Below are positions 11,101-26,100 of a stretch of DNA of 64,000 nucleotides, piece by piece. Under the pieces are notes generated by a model. The model searched no databases. It worked only from the letters and a program-made list of their open reading frames with translations, and had not been told where the DNA came from. Origin of the DNA: Balanoglossus misakiensis (Eukaryota; Animalia; Hemichordata); NCBI GenBank assembly GCA_040954595.2, contig CM082585.2, positions 882,814-946,813 on the forward strand. Direction: 5' to 3'. The translations under genes and the position numbers were made by a program. The stretch's first letter is position 1; each line of letters opens with the position of its first letter.

Positions 11101-14100
11101 TTTGATGATTTTTACCCATGATTTTTTTTCAAAAATGGACGAAATTTTGAGGTTTTGCAAAGTCAACAATTTGTCATTTTTTGATGATTTTCACACATGA
11201 TTTTTTTCAAAAATCGACGAAATTGTGAGATTTTGCAAAGACGAAAATTTGTCATTTTTTGATGATTTTTACCCATGATTTTTTTTCAAAAATGGACGAA
11301 ATTTTGAGGTTTTGCAAAGTCGAAAATTTGTTATTTTTTGATGATTTTCACCCATGTCTTTTTTTAAAAATCGACGAAATTTTGAGATTTTGCAAAGAGG
11401 AAAATTTGTCATTTTTTCATGATTTTCCCCCATGATTTTTTTCAAAAATCGACGAAATTTTGAGATTTTGCAAAGTCGACGAAAATTTGTCATTTTTTGA
11501 TCATTTTCCCCCATGATTTTTTTCAAAAATCGACGAAATTTTCAGATTTTGCAGTCGAAAATTTGTCATTTTTTCATGATTTTCACCCATGATTTTTTCA
11601 AAAATCGACGAAATTTTGAGATTTTGCAGTCGAAAATTTGTAATTTTTTGATGATTTTCCCCCATGATTTTTTTCAAAAATCGACGAAATTTTGAGATTT
11701 TGCAAAGTCGAAAATTTGTCATTTTTTGATGATTTTCACCCATGATTTTCTTCAAAAATCGACGAAATTTTGAGATTTTGCAAAGTCGAAAATTTGTCAT
11801 TTTTTGATGGTTTTCACCCATGATTTTTTTTCAAAAAACGACGAAATTTTGAGATTTTGCAAGGTCGAAAATGTGTCATTTTTTGATGATTTTCACCCGT
11901 TTTTTTTCAAAATTTGTCATTTTTTCATGATTTTCACCCATGATTTTTTTCAAAAATCGACGAAATTTTGAGATTTTGCAAAATCGAAAATTTGTCATTT
12001 TTTGATGATTTTCACCCATGTTTTTTTTTTTAAAATCGACGAACCTATGATTTTTTTCAAAATCGACGAAATTTTGTGATTTTGCAAAGTCGAAAATTTT
12101 GTCATTTTTTGATGATTTTCAACCATGATTTTTTTTCAAAAATCGACGAAATTTTGAGATTTTGCAAAATCGAAAATTTGTCATTTTTTGATGATTTTCC
12201 CCCAATGGTTTTTTTCAAAATCGACGAAATTTTGAGATTTTGCAAAGTCGAAAATTTGTCATTTTTTGATGATTTTCCCCCATGATTTTTTTTCAAAAAT
12301 GGACGAAATTTTGAGATTTTGCAAAGACGAAAATTTGTCATTTTTTGATGATTTTCACCCATGATTTTTTTTCAAAAATCGACGAAATTTTGAGATTTTG
12401 CAAAGTCGAAAATGTGTCATTTTTTGATGATTTTCACCCGTTTTTTTTCAAAATTTGTCATTTTTTGATGATTTTCACCCATGATTTTTTTTCAAAAATC
12501 GACGAAATTTTGAGATTTTGCAAAGTCGAAAATGTGTCATTTTTTGATGATTTTCACCCATGATTTTTTTCAAAAATCGACGAAATTTTGAGATTTTGCG
12601 AAGACGAAAATTTGACATTTTTTGATGATTTTCACCCATGATTTTTTTCAAAAATCGACGAAATTTTGAGATTTTGCAAAGTCGAAAATTTGTCATTTTT
12701 TGATTATTTTCACCCATGATTTTTTCAAAAATTGACGAAATGTTGAGATTTTGCAAAGTCGAAAATTTTGTCATTTTTTGATGATTTTCAACCATGATTT
12801 TTTTCAAAAATCGACTAAATGTTGAGATTTTGCAAAGTCGAAAATGTGTCATTTTTTGATGATTTTCACCCGTTTTTTTTTCAAAATTTGTCATTTTTTC
12901 ATGATTTTCACCCATGATTTTTTTCAAAAATCGACGAAATTTTGTGATTTTGCAAAGTCGAAAATTTTGTCATTTTTTGATGATTTTCAACCATGATTTT
13001 TTTTCAAAAATCGACGAAATTTTGTGATTTTACAAAGTCGAAAATTTTGTCATTTTTTGATGATTTTCAACCATGATTTTTTTTCAAAAATCGACGAAAA
13101 TTTGAGATTTTGCAAAGACGAAAATTTGTCATTTTTGATGATTTTTACCCATGATTTTTTTTCAAAAATCGACGAAATTTTGAGATTTTGCAAAGTCGAA
13201 AATTTGTCATTTTTTGATGATTTTCCCCCATGTTTTTTTTTTAAATGGACGAAATTTTGAGATTTTGCAAAGACGAAAATTTGTTATTTTTTGATGATTT
13301 TCACCCATGATTTTTTCAAAAATTGACGAAATTTTGAGATTTTGCAAAGTCGAAAATTTGTCATTTTTTGATGATTTTCACCCATGTTTTTTTTCAAAAA
13401 TGGACGAAATTTTGAGATTTTGCAAAGACGAAAATTTGTCATTTTTTGATGATTTTCACCCTTGATTTTTTTTCAAAAATCGACGAAATTGTGAGATTTT
13501 GCAAAGACGAAAATTTGTCATTTTTTGATGATTTTTACCCATGATTTTTTTTCAAAAATGGACGAAATTTTGAGGTTTTGCAAAGTCGAAAATTTGTCAT
13601 TTTTTGATGATTTTCACACATGATTTTTTTCAAAAATCGACGAAATTGTGAGATTTTGCAAAGACGAAAATTTGTCATTTTTTGATGATTTTTACCCATG
13701 ATTTTTTTTCAAAAATGGACGAAATTTTGAGGTTTTGCAAAGTCGAAAATTTGTTATTTTTTGATGATTTTCACCCATGTCTTTTTTTAAAAATCGACGA
13801 AATTTTGAGATTTTGCAAATAGGAAAATTTGTCATTTTTTCATGATTTTCCCCCATGATTTTTTTCAAAAATCGACGAAATTTTGAGATTTTGCAAAGTC
13901 GACGAAAATGTGTCATTTTTTGATGATTTTCAACCGTTTTTTTTCAAAATTTGTCATTTTTTGATGATTTTCACCCGTTTTTTTTTCAAAATTTGTCATT
14001 TTTTCATGATTTTCACCCATGATTTTTTTCAAAAATCGACGAAATTTTGAGATTTTGCAAAGTCGAAAATTTGTCATTTTTTGATGATTTTCACCCATGA

Positions 14101-17100
14101 TTTTTTCAAAAATCGACGAAATTTTGAGATTTTGCAGTAAAAAAATTGTCATTTTTTGATGATTTTCACCCATGATTTTTTTCAAAATTGACGAAATTTT
14201 GAGATTTTGCAGTCGAAAATTTGTCATTTTTTGATCATTTTCCCCCATGATTTTTTTCAAAAATCGACGAAATTTTCAGATTTTGCAGTCGAAAATTTGT
14301 CATTTTTTCATGATTTTCACCCATGATTTTTTCAAAAATCGACGAAATTTTGAGATTTTGCAGTCGAAAATTTGTAATTTTTTGATGATTTTCCCCCATG
14401 ATTTTTTTCAAAAATCGACGAAATTTTGAGATTTTGCAAAGTCGAAAATGTGTCATTTTTTGATGATTTTCACCCATGTTTTTTTTTTAAAATCGACGAA
14501 CCTATGATTTTTTTCAAAATCGACGAAATTTTGAGATTTTGCAAAGTCGAAAATTTGTCATTTTTTGATGATTTTCCCCCATGTTTTTTTTTTTAAATGG
14601 ACGAAATTTTGAGATTTTGCAAAGACGAAAATTTGTTATTTTTTGATGATTTTCACCCATGATTTTTTCAAAAATTGACGAAATTTTGAGATTTTGCAAA
14701 GTCGAAAATTTGTCATTTTTTGATGATTTTCACACATGATTTTTTTCAAAAATCGACGAAATTGTGAGATTTTGCAAAGACGAAAATTTGTCATTTTTTG
14801 ATGATTTTTACCCATGATTTTTTTTCAAAAATGGACGAAATTTTGAGGTTTTGCAAAGTCGAAAATTTGTCATTTTTTGATGATTTTCACACATGATTTT
14901 TTTCAAAAATCGACGAAATTGTGAGATTTTGCAAAGTCGTAAATGTGTCATTTTTTGATGATTTTCACCAGTTTTTTTTTTCAAAATTTGTCATTTTTTG
15001 ATGATTTTCCCCCATGATTTTTTTCAAAAATCGACGAAAATTTGAGATTTTGCAAAGACGAAAATTTGTCATTTTTGATGATTTTTACCCATGATTTTTT
15101 TAAAAAAATGGACGAAATTTTGAGATTTTGCAAAGACGAAAATTTGTCATTTTTTGATGATTTTCACCCATGATTTTTTTTCAAAAAACGACGAAATTTT
15201 GAGATTTTGCAAAGAGGAAAATTTGTCATTTTTTCATGATTTTCACCCATGATTTTTTTCAAAAATCGACGAAATTTTGAGATTTTGCAAAGAGGAAAAT
15301 TTGTCATTTTTTCATGATTTTCCCCCATGATTTTTTTCAAAAATCGACGAAATTGTGAGATTTTGCAAAGACGAAAATTTGTCATTTTTTGATGATTTTT
15401 ACCCTTGATTTTTTTCCAAAAATGGACGAAATTTTGAGGTTTTGCAAAGTCGAAAATTTGTTATTTTTTGATGATTTTCACCCATGTCTTTTTTTAAAAA
15501 TCGACGAAATTTTGAGATTTTGCAAATAGGAAAATTTGTCATTTTTTCATGATTTTCCCCCATGATTTTTTTCAAAAATCGACGAAATTTTGAGATTTTG
15601 CAAAGTCGACGAAAATGTGTCATTTTTTGATGATTTTCAACCGTTTTTTTTCAAAATTTGTCATTTTTTGATGATTTTCACCCGTTTTTTTTTCAAAATT
15701 TGTCATTTTTTCATGATTTTCACCCATGATTTTTTTCAAAAATCGACGAAATTGTCAGATTTTGCAGTCGAAAATTTGTCATTTTTTCATGATTTTCACC
15801 CATGATTTTTTCAAAAATCGACGAAATTTTGAGATTTTGCAGTCGAAAATTTGTAATTTTTTGATGATTTTCCCCCATGATTTTTTTCAAAAATCGACGA
15901 AATTTTGAGATTTTGCAAAGTCGAAAATGTGTCATTTTTTGATGATTTTCACCCATGTTTTTTTTTTAAAATCGACGAACCTATAATTTTTTTCAAAATC
16001 GACGAAATTTTGTGATTTTGCAAAGTCGAAAATTTTGTCATTTTTTGATGATTTTCAACCATGATTTTTTTTCAAAAATCGACGAAATTTTGAGATTTTG
16101 CAAAATCGAAAATTTGTCATTTTTTGATGATTTTCCCCCAATGGTTTTTTTCAAAATCGACGAAATTTTGAGATTTTGCAAAGTCGAAAATTTGTCATTT
16201 TTTGATGATTTTCCCCCATGATTTTTTTTCAAAAATGGACGAAATTTTGAGATTTTGCAAAGACGAAAATTTGTCATTTTTTGATGATTTTCACCCATGA
16301 TTTTTTTTCAAAAATCGACGAAATTTTGAGATTTTGCAAAGTCGAAAATGTGTCATTTTTTGATGATTTTCACCCGTTTTTTTTCAAAATTTGTCATTTT
16401 TTGATGATTTTCAGCCATGATTTTTTTTCAAAAATCGACGAAATTTTGAGATTTTGCAAAGTCGAAAATATGTCATTTTTTGATGATTTTCACCCATGAT
16501 TTTTTTCAAAAATTGACGAAATGTTGAGATTTTGCAAAGTCGAAAATTTTGTCATTTTTTGATGATTTTCACCCGTTTTTTTTTCAAAATTTGTCATTTT
16601 TTCATGATTTTCACCCATGATTTTTTTCAAAAATCGACGAAATTTTGTGATTTTGCAAAGTCGAAAATTTTGTCATTTTTTGATGATTTTCAACCATGAT
16701 TTTTTTTCAAAAATCGACGAAATTTTGTGATTTTACAAAGTCGAAAATTTTGTCATTTTTTGATGATTTTCAACCATGATTTTTTTTCAAAAATCGACGA
16801 AAATTTGAGATTTTGCAAAGACGAAAATTTGTCATTTTTGATGATTTTTACCCATGATTTTTTTTCAAAAATGGACGAAATTTTGAGATTTTGCAAAGAC
16901 GAAAATTTGTCATTTTTTGATGATTTTCACCCATGATTTTTTTTCAAAAATCGACGAAATTTTGAGATTTTGCAAAGTCGTAAATGTGTCATTTTTTGAT
17001 GATTTTCACCAGTTTTTTTTTTCAAAATTTGTCATTTTTTGATGATTTTCCCCCATGATTTTTTTCAAAAATCGACGAAAATTTGAGATTTTGCAAAGAC

Positions 17101-20100
17101 GAAAATTTGTCATTTTTGATGATTTTTACCCATGATTTTTTTTAAAAAATGGACGAAATTTTGAGATTTTGCAAAGACGAAAATTTGTCATTTTTTGATG
17201 ATTTTCACCCATGATTTTTTTTCAAAAAACGACGAAATTTTGAGATTTTGCAAAGAGGAAAATTTGTCATTTTTTCATGATTTTCACCCATGATTTTTTT
17301 CAAAAATCGACGAAATTTTGAGATTTTGCAAAGACGAAAATTTGTCATTTTTGATGATTTTTACCCATGATTTTTTTTCAAAAATGGACGAAATTTTGAG
17401 ATTTTGCAAAGACGAAAATTTGTCATTTTTTGATGATTTTCACCAATGATTTTTTTTCAAAAAACGACGAAATTTTGAGATTTTGCAGAGGAAAATGTGT
17501 CATTTTTTGATGATTTTCACCCGTTTTTTTTTTCAAAATTTGTCATTTTTTGATGATTTTCTCCCATGATTTTTTTCAAAAATCGACGAAATTTTGAGAT
17601 TTTGCAAAATCGAAAATTTGTCATTTTTTGATGATTTTCCCCCAATGGTTTTTTTCAAAATCGACGAAATTTTGAGATTTTGCAAAGTCGAAAATTTGTC
17701 ATTTTTTGATGATTTTCCCCCATGATTTTTTTTCAAAAATGGACGAAATTTTGAGATTTTGCAAAGACGAAAATTTGTCATTTTTTGATGATTTTCACCC
17801 ATGATTTTTTTTCAAAAATCGACGAAATTTTGAGATTTTGCAAAGTCGAAAATGTGTCATTTTTTGATGATTTTCACCCGTTTTTTTTCAAAATTTGTCA
17901 TTTTTTGATGATTTTCAGCCATGATTTTTTTTCAAAAATCGACGAAATTTTGAGATTTTGCAAAGTCGAAAATGTGTCATTTTTTGATGATTTTCACCCA
18001 TGATTTTTTTCAAAAATCGACGAAATTTTGAGATTTTGCGAAGACGAAAATTTGTCATTTTTTGATGATTTTCACCCATGATTTTTTTCAAAAATCGACG
18101 AAATTTTGAGATTTTGCAAAGTCGAAAATTTGTCATTTTTTGATTATTTTCACCCATGATTTTTTCAAAAATTGACGAAATGTTGAGATTTTGCAAAGTC
18201 GAAAATTTTGTCATTTTTTGATGATTTTCAACCATGATTTTTTTCAAAAATCGACTAAATGTTGAGATTTTGCAAAGTCGAAAATGTGTCATTTTTTGAT
18301 GATTTTCACCCGTTTTTTTTTCAAAATTTGTCATTTTTTGATGATTTTCTCCCATGATTTTTTTCAAAAATTGACGAAATTTTGAGATTTTGCAAAGTCG
18401 AAAATTTGTCATTTTTTGATGATTTTCACCCATGATTTTTTTCAAAAATCGACGAAATTTTGAGATTTTGCAAAGTCGAAAATTTGTCATTTTTTGATGA
18501 TTTTCCCCCATGTTTTTTTTTTTTAAATGGACGAAATTTTGAGATTTTGCAAAGACGAAAATTTGTTATTTTTTGATGATTTTCACCCATGATTTTTTCA
18601 AAAATTGACGAAATTTTGAGATTTTGCAAAGTCGAAAATTTGTCATTTTTTGATGATTTTCACACATGATTTTTTTCAAAAATCGACGAAATTGTGAGAT
18701 TTTGCAAAGACGAAAATTTGTCATTTTTTGATGATTTTTACCCATGATTTTTTTTCAAAAATGGACGAAATTTTGAGGTTTTGCAAAGTCGAAAATTTGT
18801 CATTTTTTGATGATTTTCACACATGATTTTTTTCAAAAATCGACGAAATTGTGAGATTTTGCAAAGTCGTAAATGTGTCATTTTTTGATGATTTTCACCA
18901 GTTTTTTTTTTCAAAATTTGTCATTTTTTGATGATTTTCCCCCATGATTTTTTTCAAAAATCGACGAAAATTTGAGATTTTGCAAAGACGAAAATTTGTC
19001 ATTTTTGATGATTTTTACCCATGATTTTTTTTTAAAAAATGGACGAAATTTTGAGATTTTGCAAAGACGAAAATTTGTCATTTTTTGATGATTTTCACCC
19101 ATGATTTTTTTTCAAAAAACGACGAAATTTTGAGATTTTGCAAAGAGGAAAATTTGTCATTTTTTCATGATTTTCACCCATGATTTTTTTCAAAAATCGA
19201 CGAAATTTTGAGATTTTGCAAAGAGGAAAATTTGTCATTTTTTCATGATTTTCCCCCATGATTTTTTTCAAAAATCGACGAAAATTTGAGATTTTGCAAA
19301 GACGAAAATTTGTCATTTTTGATGATTTTTACCCATGATTTTTTTTCAAAAATGGACGAAATTTTGAGATTTTGCAAAGACGAAAATTTGTCATTTTTTG
19401 ATGATTTTCACCAATGATTTTTTTTCAAAAAACGACGAAATTTTGAGATTTTGCAGAGGAAAATGTGTCATTTTTTGATGATTTTCACCCGTTTTTTTTT
19501 TCAAAATTTGTCATTTTTTGATGATTTTCTCCCATGATTTTTTTCAAAAATTGACGAAATTTTGAGATTTTGCAAAGTCGAAAATTTGTCATTTTTTGAT
19601 GATTTTCACCCATGATTTTTTTCAAAAATCGACGAAATTTTGAGATTTTGCAAAGTCGAAAATTTGTCATTTTTTGATGATTTTCCCCCATGTTTTTTTT
19701 TTTAAATGGACGAAATTTTGAGATTTTGCAAAGACGAAAATTTGTTATTTTTTGATGATTTTCACCCATGATTTTTTGAAAATTTGACGAAATTTTGAGA
19801 TTTTGCAAAGTCGAAAATTTGTCATTTTTTGATGATTTTCACACATGATTTTTTTCAAAAATCGACGAAATTGTGAGATTTTGCAAAGACGAAAATTTGT
19901 CATTTTTTGATGATTTTTACCCATGATTTTTTTTCAAAAATGGACGAAATTTTGAGGTTTTGCAAAGTCGAAAATTTGTCATTTTTTGATGATTTTCACA
20001 CATGATTTTTTTCAAAAATCGACGAAATTGTGAGATTTTGCAAAGACGAAAATTTGTCATTTTTTGATGATTTTTACCCATGATTTTTTTTCAAAAATGG

Positions 20101-23100
20101 ACGAAATTTTGAGGTTTTGCAAAGTCGAAAATTTGTTATTTTTTGATGATTTTCACCCATGTCTTTTTTTAAAAATCGACGAAATTTTGAGATTTTGCAA
20201 AGTCGACGAAAATGTGTCATTTTTTGATGATTTTCAACCGTTTTTTTTCAAAATTTGTCATTTTTTGATGATTTTCACCCATGTTTTTTTTTTAAAAATC
20301 GACGAACCTATGATTTTTTTCAAAATCGACGAAATTTTGTGATTTTACAAAGTCGAAAATTTTGTCATTTTTTGATGATTTTCAACCATGATTTTTTTTC
20401 AAAAATCGACGAAAATTTGAGATTTTGCAAAGACGAAAATTTGTTATTTTTGATGATTTTTACCCATGATTTTTTTTCAAAAATGGTCGAAATTTTGAGA
20501 TTTTGCAAAGACGAAAATTTGTCATTTTTTGATGATTTTCACCCATGATTTTTTTTCAAAAATCGACGAAATTGTGAGATTTTGCAAAGACGAAAATTTG
20601 TCATTTTTTGATGATTTTTACCCATGATTTTTTTTCAAAAATGGACGAAATTTTGAGGTTTTGCAAAGTCGAAAATTTGTCATTTTTTGATGATTTTCAC
20701 ACATGATTTTTTTCAAAAATCGACGAAATTGTGAGATTTTGCAAAGACGAAAATTTGTCATTTTTTGATGATTTTTACCCATGATTTTTTTTCAAAAATG
20801 GACGAAATTTTGAGGTTTTGCAAAGTCGAAAATTTGTTATTTTTTGATGATTTTCACCCATGTCTTTTTTTAAAAATCGACGAAATTTTGAGATTTTGCA
20901 AAGAGGAAAATTTGTCATTTTTTCATGATTTTCCCCCATGATTTTTTTTCAAAAATCGACGAAATTTTGAGATTTTGCAAAGTCGACGAAAATGTGTCAT
21001 TTTTTGATGATTTTCAACCATGATTTTTTTTCAAAAATCGACGAAATTTTGAGATTTTGCAAAAACGAAAATTTGTTATTTTTTGATGATTTTCACCCAT
21101 GATTTTTTCAAAAATTGACGAAATTTTGAGATTTTGCAAAGTCGAAAATTTGTCATTTTTTGATGATTTTCACACATGATTTTTTTCAAAAATCGACGAA
21201 ATTGTGAGATTTTGCAAAGACGAAAATTTGTCATTTTTTGATGATTTTTACCCATGATTTTTTTTCAAAAATGGACGAAATTTTGAGGTTTTGCAAAGTC
21301 GAAAATTTGTTATTTTTTGATGATTTTCACCCATGTCTTTTTTTAAAAATCGACGAAATTTTGAGATTTTGCAAAGTGGAAAATTTGTCATTTTTTCATG
21401 ATTTTCCCCCATGATTTTTTTCAAAAATCGACGAAATTTTGAGATTTTGCAAAGTCGACGAAAATGTGTCATTTTTTGATGATTTTCACCCGTTTTTTTT
21501 CAAAATTTGTCATTTTTTGATGATTTTCACCCATGTTTTTTTTTTTTTTAAATCGACGAACCTATGATTTTTTTCAAAATCGACGAAATTTTGTGATTTT
21601 ACAAAGTCGAAAATTTTGTCATTTTTTGATGATTTTCAACCATGATTTTTTTTCAAAAATCGACGAAAATTTGAGAATTTGCAAAGACAAAAATTTGTCA
21701 TTTTTGATGATTTTTACCTATGATTTTTTTTCAAAAATGGACGAAATTTTGAGGTTTTGCAAAGTCGAAAATTTGTTATTTTTTGATGATTTTCACCCAT
21801 GTCTTTTTTTAAAAATCGACGAAATTTTGAGATTTTGCAAAGTGGAAAATTTGTCATTTTTTCATGATTTTCCCCCATGATTTTTTTCAAAAATCGACGA
21901 AATTTTGAGATTTTGCAAAGTCGACGAAAATGTGTCATTTTTTGATGATTTTCACCCGTTTTTTTTCAAAATTTGTCATTTTTTGATGATTTTCACCCAT
22001 GTTTTTTTTTTTAAAAATCGACGAACCTATGATTTTTTTCAAAATCGACGAAATTTTGTGATTTTACAAAGTCGAAAATTTTGTCATTTTTTGATGATTT
22101 TCAACCATGATTATTTTTCAAAAATCGACGAAAATTTGAGATTTTGCAAAGACGAAAATTTGTTATTTTTGATGATTTTTACCCATGATTTTTTTTCAAA
22201 AATGGACGAAATTTTGAGATTTTGCAAAGACGAAAATTTGTCATTTTTTGATGATTTTCAACCGTTTTTTTTCAAAATTTGTCATTTTTTGATGATTTTC
22301 ACCCATGTTTTTTTTTTAAAAAATCGACGAACCTATGATTTTTTTCAAAATCGACGAAATTTTGTGATTTTACAAAGTCGAAAATTTTGTCATTTTTTGA
22401 TGATTTTCAACCATGATTTTTTTTCAAAAATCGACGAAAATTTGAGATTTTGCAAAGACGAAAATTTGTTATTTTTGATGATTTTTACCCATGATTTTTT
22501 TTCAAAAATGGACGAAATTTTGAGATTTTGCAAAGACGAAAATTTGTCATTTTTTGATGATTTTCACCCTTGATTTTTTTTCAAAAATCGACGAAATTGT
22601 GAGATTTTGCAAAGACGAAAATTTGTCATTTTTTGATGATTTTTACCCATGATTTTTTTTCAAAAATGGACGAAATTTTGAGGTTTTGCAAAGTCGAAAA
22701 TTTGTCATTTTTTGATGATTTTCACACATGATTTTTTTCAAAAATCGACGAAATTGTGAGATTTTGCAAAGACGAAAATTTGTCATTTTTTCATGATTTT
22801 CCCCCATGATTTTTTTTCAAAAATCGACGAAATTTTGAGATTTTGCAAAGTCGACGAAAATGTGTCATTTTTTGATGATTTTCAACCATGATTTTTTTTC
22901 AAAAATCGACGAAATTTTGAGATTTTGCAAAAACGAAAATTTGTTATTTTTTGATGATTTTCACCCATGATTTTTTCAAAAATTGACGAAATTTTGAGAT
23001 TTTGCAAAGTCGAAAATTTGTCATTTTTTGATGATTTTCACACATGATTTTTTTCAAAAATCGACGAAATTGTGAGATTTTGCAAAGACGAAAATTTGTC

Positions 23101-26100
23101 ATTTTTTGATGATTTTTACCCATGATTTTTTTTCAAAAATGGACGAAATTTTGAGGTTTTGCAAAGTCGAAAATTTGTTATTTTTTGATGATTTTCACCC
23201 ATGTCTTTTTTTAAAAATCGACGAAATTTTGAGATTTTGCAAAGTGGAAAATTTGTCATTTTTTCATGATTTTCCCCCATGATTTTTTTCAAAAATCGAC
23301 GAAATTTTGAGATTTTGCAAAGTCGACGAAAATGTGTCATTTTTTGATGATTTTCACCCGTTTTTTTTCAAAATTTGTCATTTTTTGATGATTTTCACCC
23401 ATGTTTTTTTTTTAAAAAATCGACGAACCTATGATTTTTTTCAAAATCGACGAAATTTTGTGATTTTACAAAGTCGAAAATTTTGTCATTTTTTGATGAT
23501 TTTCAACCATGATTTTTTTTCAAAAATCGACGAAAATTTGAGAATTTGCAAAGACAAAAATTTGTCATTTTTGATGATTTTTACCTATGATTTTTTTTCA
23601 AAAATGGACGAAATTTTGAGGTTTTGCAAAGTCGAAAATTTGTTATTTTTTGATGATTTTCACCCATGTCTTTTTTTAAAAATCGACGAAATTTTGAGAT
23701 TTTGCAAAGTGGAAAATTTGTCATTTTTTCATGATTTTCCCCCATGATTTTTTTCAAAAATCGACGAAATTTTGAGATTTTGCAAAGTCGACGAAAATGT
23801 GTCATTTTTTGATGATTTTCACCCGTTTTTTTTCAAAATTTGTCATTTTTTGATGATTTTCACCCATGTTTTTTTTTTAAAAAATCGACGAACCTATGAT
23901 TTTTTTCAAAATCGACGAAATTTTGTGATTTTACAAAGTCGAAAATTTTGTCATTTTTTGATGATTTTCAACCATGATTTTTTTTCAAAAATCGACGAAA
24001 ATTTGAGATTTTGCAAAGACGAAAATTTGTTATTTTTGATGATTTTTACCCATGATTTTTTTTCAAAAATGGACGAAATTTTGAGATTTTGCAAAGACGA
24101 AAATTTGTCATTTTTTGATGATTTTCACCCATGATTTTTTTTCAAAAATCGACGAAATTGTGAGATTTTGCAAAGACGAAAATTTGTCATTTTTTGATGA
24201 TTTTTACCCATGATTTTTTTTCAAAAATGGACGAAATTTTGAGGTTTTGCAAAGTCGAAAATTTGTCATTTTTTGATGATTTTCACACATGATTTTTTTC
24301 AAAAATCGACGAAATTGTGAGATTTTGCAAAGACGAAAATTTGTCATTTTTTGATGATTTTTACCCATGATTTTTTTTCAAAAATGGACGAAATTTTGAG
24401 GTTTTGCAAAGTCGAAAATTTGTTATTTTTTGATGATTTTCACCCATGTCTTTTTTTAAAAATCGACGAAATTTTGAGATTTTGCAAAGAGGAAAATTTG
24501 TCATTTTTTCATGATTTTCCCCCATGATTTTTTTTCAAAAATCGACGAAATTTTGAGATTTTGCAAAGTCGACGAAAATGTGTCATTTTTTGGTGATTTT
24601 CACCCGTTTTTTTTCAAAATTTGTCATTTTTTGATGATTTTCACCCATGTTTTTTTTTTTAAAAATCGACGAACCTATGATTTTTTTCAAAATCGACGAA
24701 ATTTTGTGATTTTACAAAGTCGAAAATTTTGTCATTTTTTGATGATTTTCAACCATGATTTTTTTTCAAAAATCGACGAAAATTTGAGAATTTGCAAAGA
24801 CAAAAATTTGTCATTTTTGATGATTTTTACCCATGATTTTTTTTCAAAAATGGACGAAATTTTGAGGTTTTGCAAAGTCGAAAATTTGTTATTTTTTGAT
24901 GATTTTCACCCATGTCTTTTTTTAAAAATCGACGAAATTTTGAGATTTTGCAAAGTGGAAAATTTGTCATTTTTTCATGATTTTCCCCCATGATTTTTTT
25001 CAAAAATCGACGAAATTTTGAGATTTTGCAAAGTCGACGAAAATGTGTCATTTTTTGATGATTTTCACCCGTTTTTTTTCAAAATTTGTCATTTTTTGAT
25101 GATTTTCACCCATGTTTTTTTTTTAAAAAATCGACGAACCTATGATTTTTTTCAAAATCGACGAAATTTTGTGATTTTACAAAATCGAAAATTTTGTCAT
25201 TTTTTGATGATTTTCAACCATGATTTTTTTTCAAAAATCGACGAAAATTTGAGAATTTGCAAAGACAAAAATTTGTCATTTTTGATGATTTTTACCCATG
25301 ATTTTTTTTCAAAAATGGACGAAATTTTGAGATTTTGCAAAGAGGAAAATTTGTCATTTTTTCATGATTTTCCCCCATGATTTTTTTCAAAAATCGACGA
25401 AATTTTGTGATTTTACAAAGTCGAAAATTTTGTCATTTTTTTATGATTTTCAACCATGATTTTTTTTCAAAAATCGACGAAAATTTGAGATTTTGCAAAG
25501 ACGAAAATTTGTCATTTTTGATGATTTTTACCCATGATTTTTTTTCAAAAATGGACGAAATTTTGAGATTTTGCAAAGACGAAAATTTGTCATTTTTTGA
25601 TGATTTTCACCCATGATTTTTTTTCAAAAATCGACGAAATTTTGAGATTTTGCAAAGTCGTAAATGTGACATTTTTTGATGATTTTCACCAGTTTTTTTT
25701 TTCAAAATTTGTCATTTTTTCATGATTTTCCCCCATGATTTTTTTCAAAAATCGACGAAAATTTGAGATTTTGCAAAGACGAAAATTTGTCATTTTCGAT
25801 GATTTTTACCCATGATTTTTTTTCAAAAAACGACGAAATTTTGAGATTTTGCAGAGGAAAATGTGTCATTTTTTGATGATTTTCACCCGTTTTTTTTTTC
25901 AAAATTTGTCATTTTTTGATGATTTTCACCCATGTTTTTTTTTTAAAAATCGACGAACCTATGATTTTTTTCAAAATCGACGAAATTTTGAGATTTTGCA
26001 GAGAGGAAAATTTGTCATTTTTTCATGATTTTCACCAATGATTTTTTTTCAAAAAACGACGAAATTTTGAGATTTTGCAGAGGAAAATGTGTCATTTTTT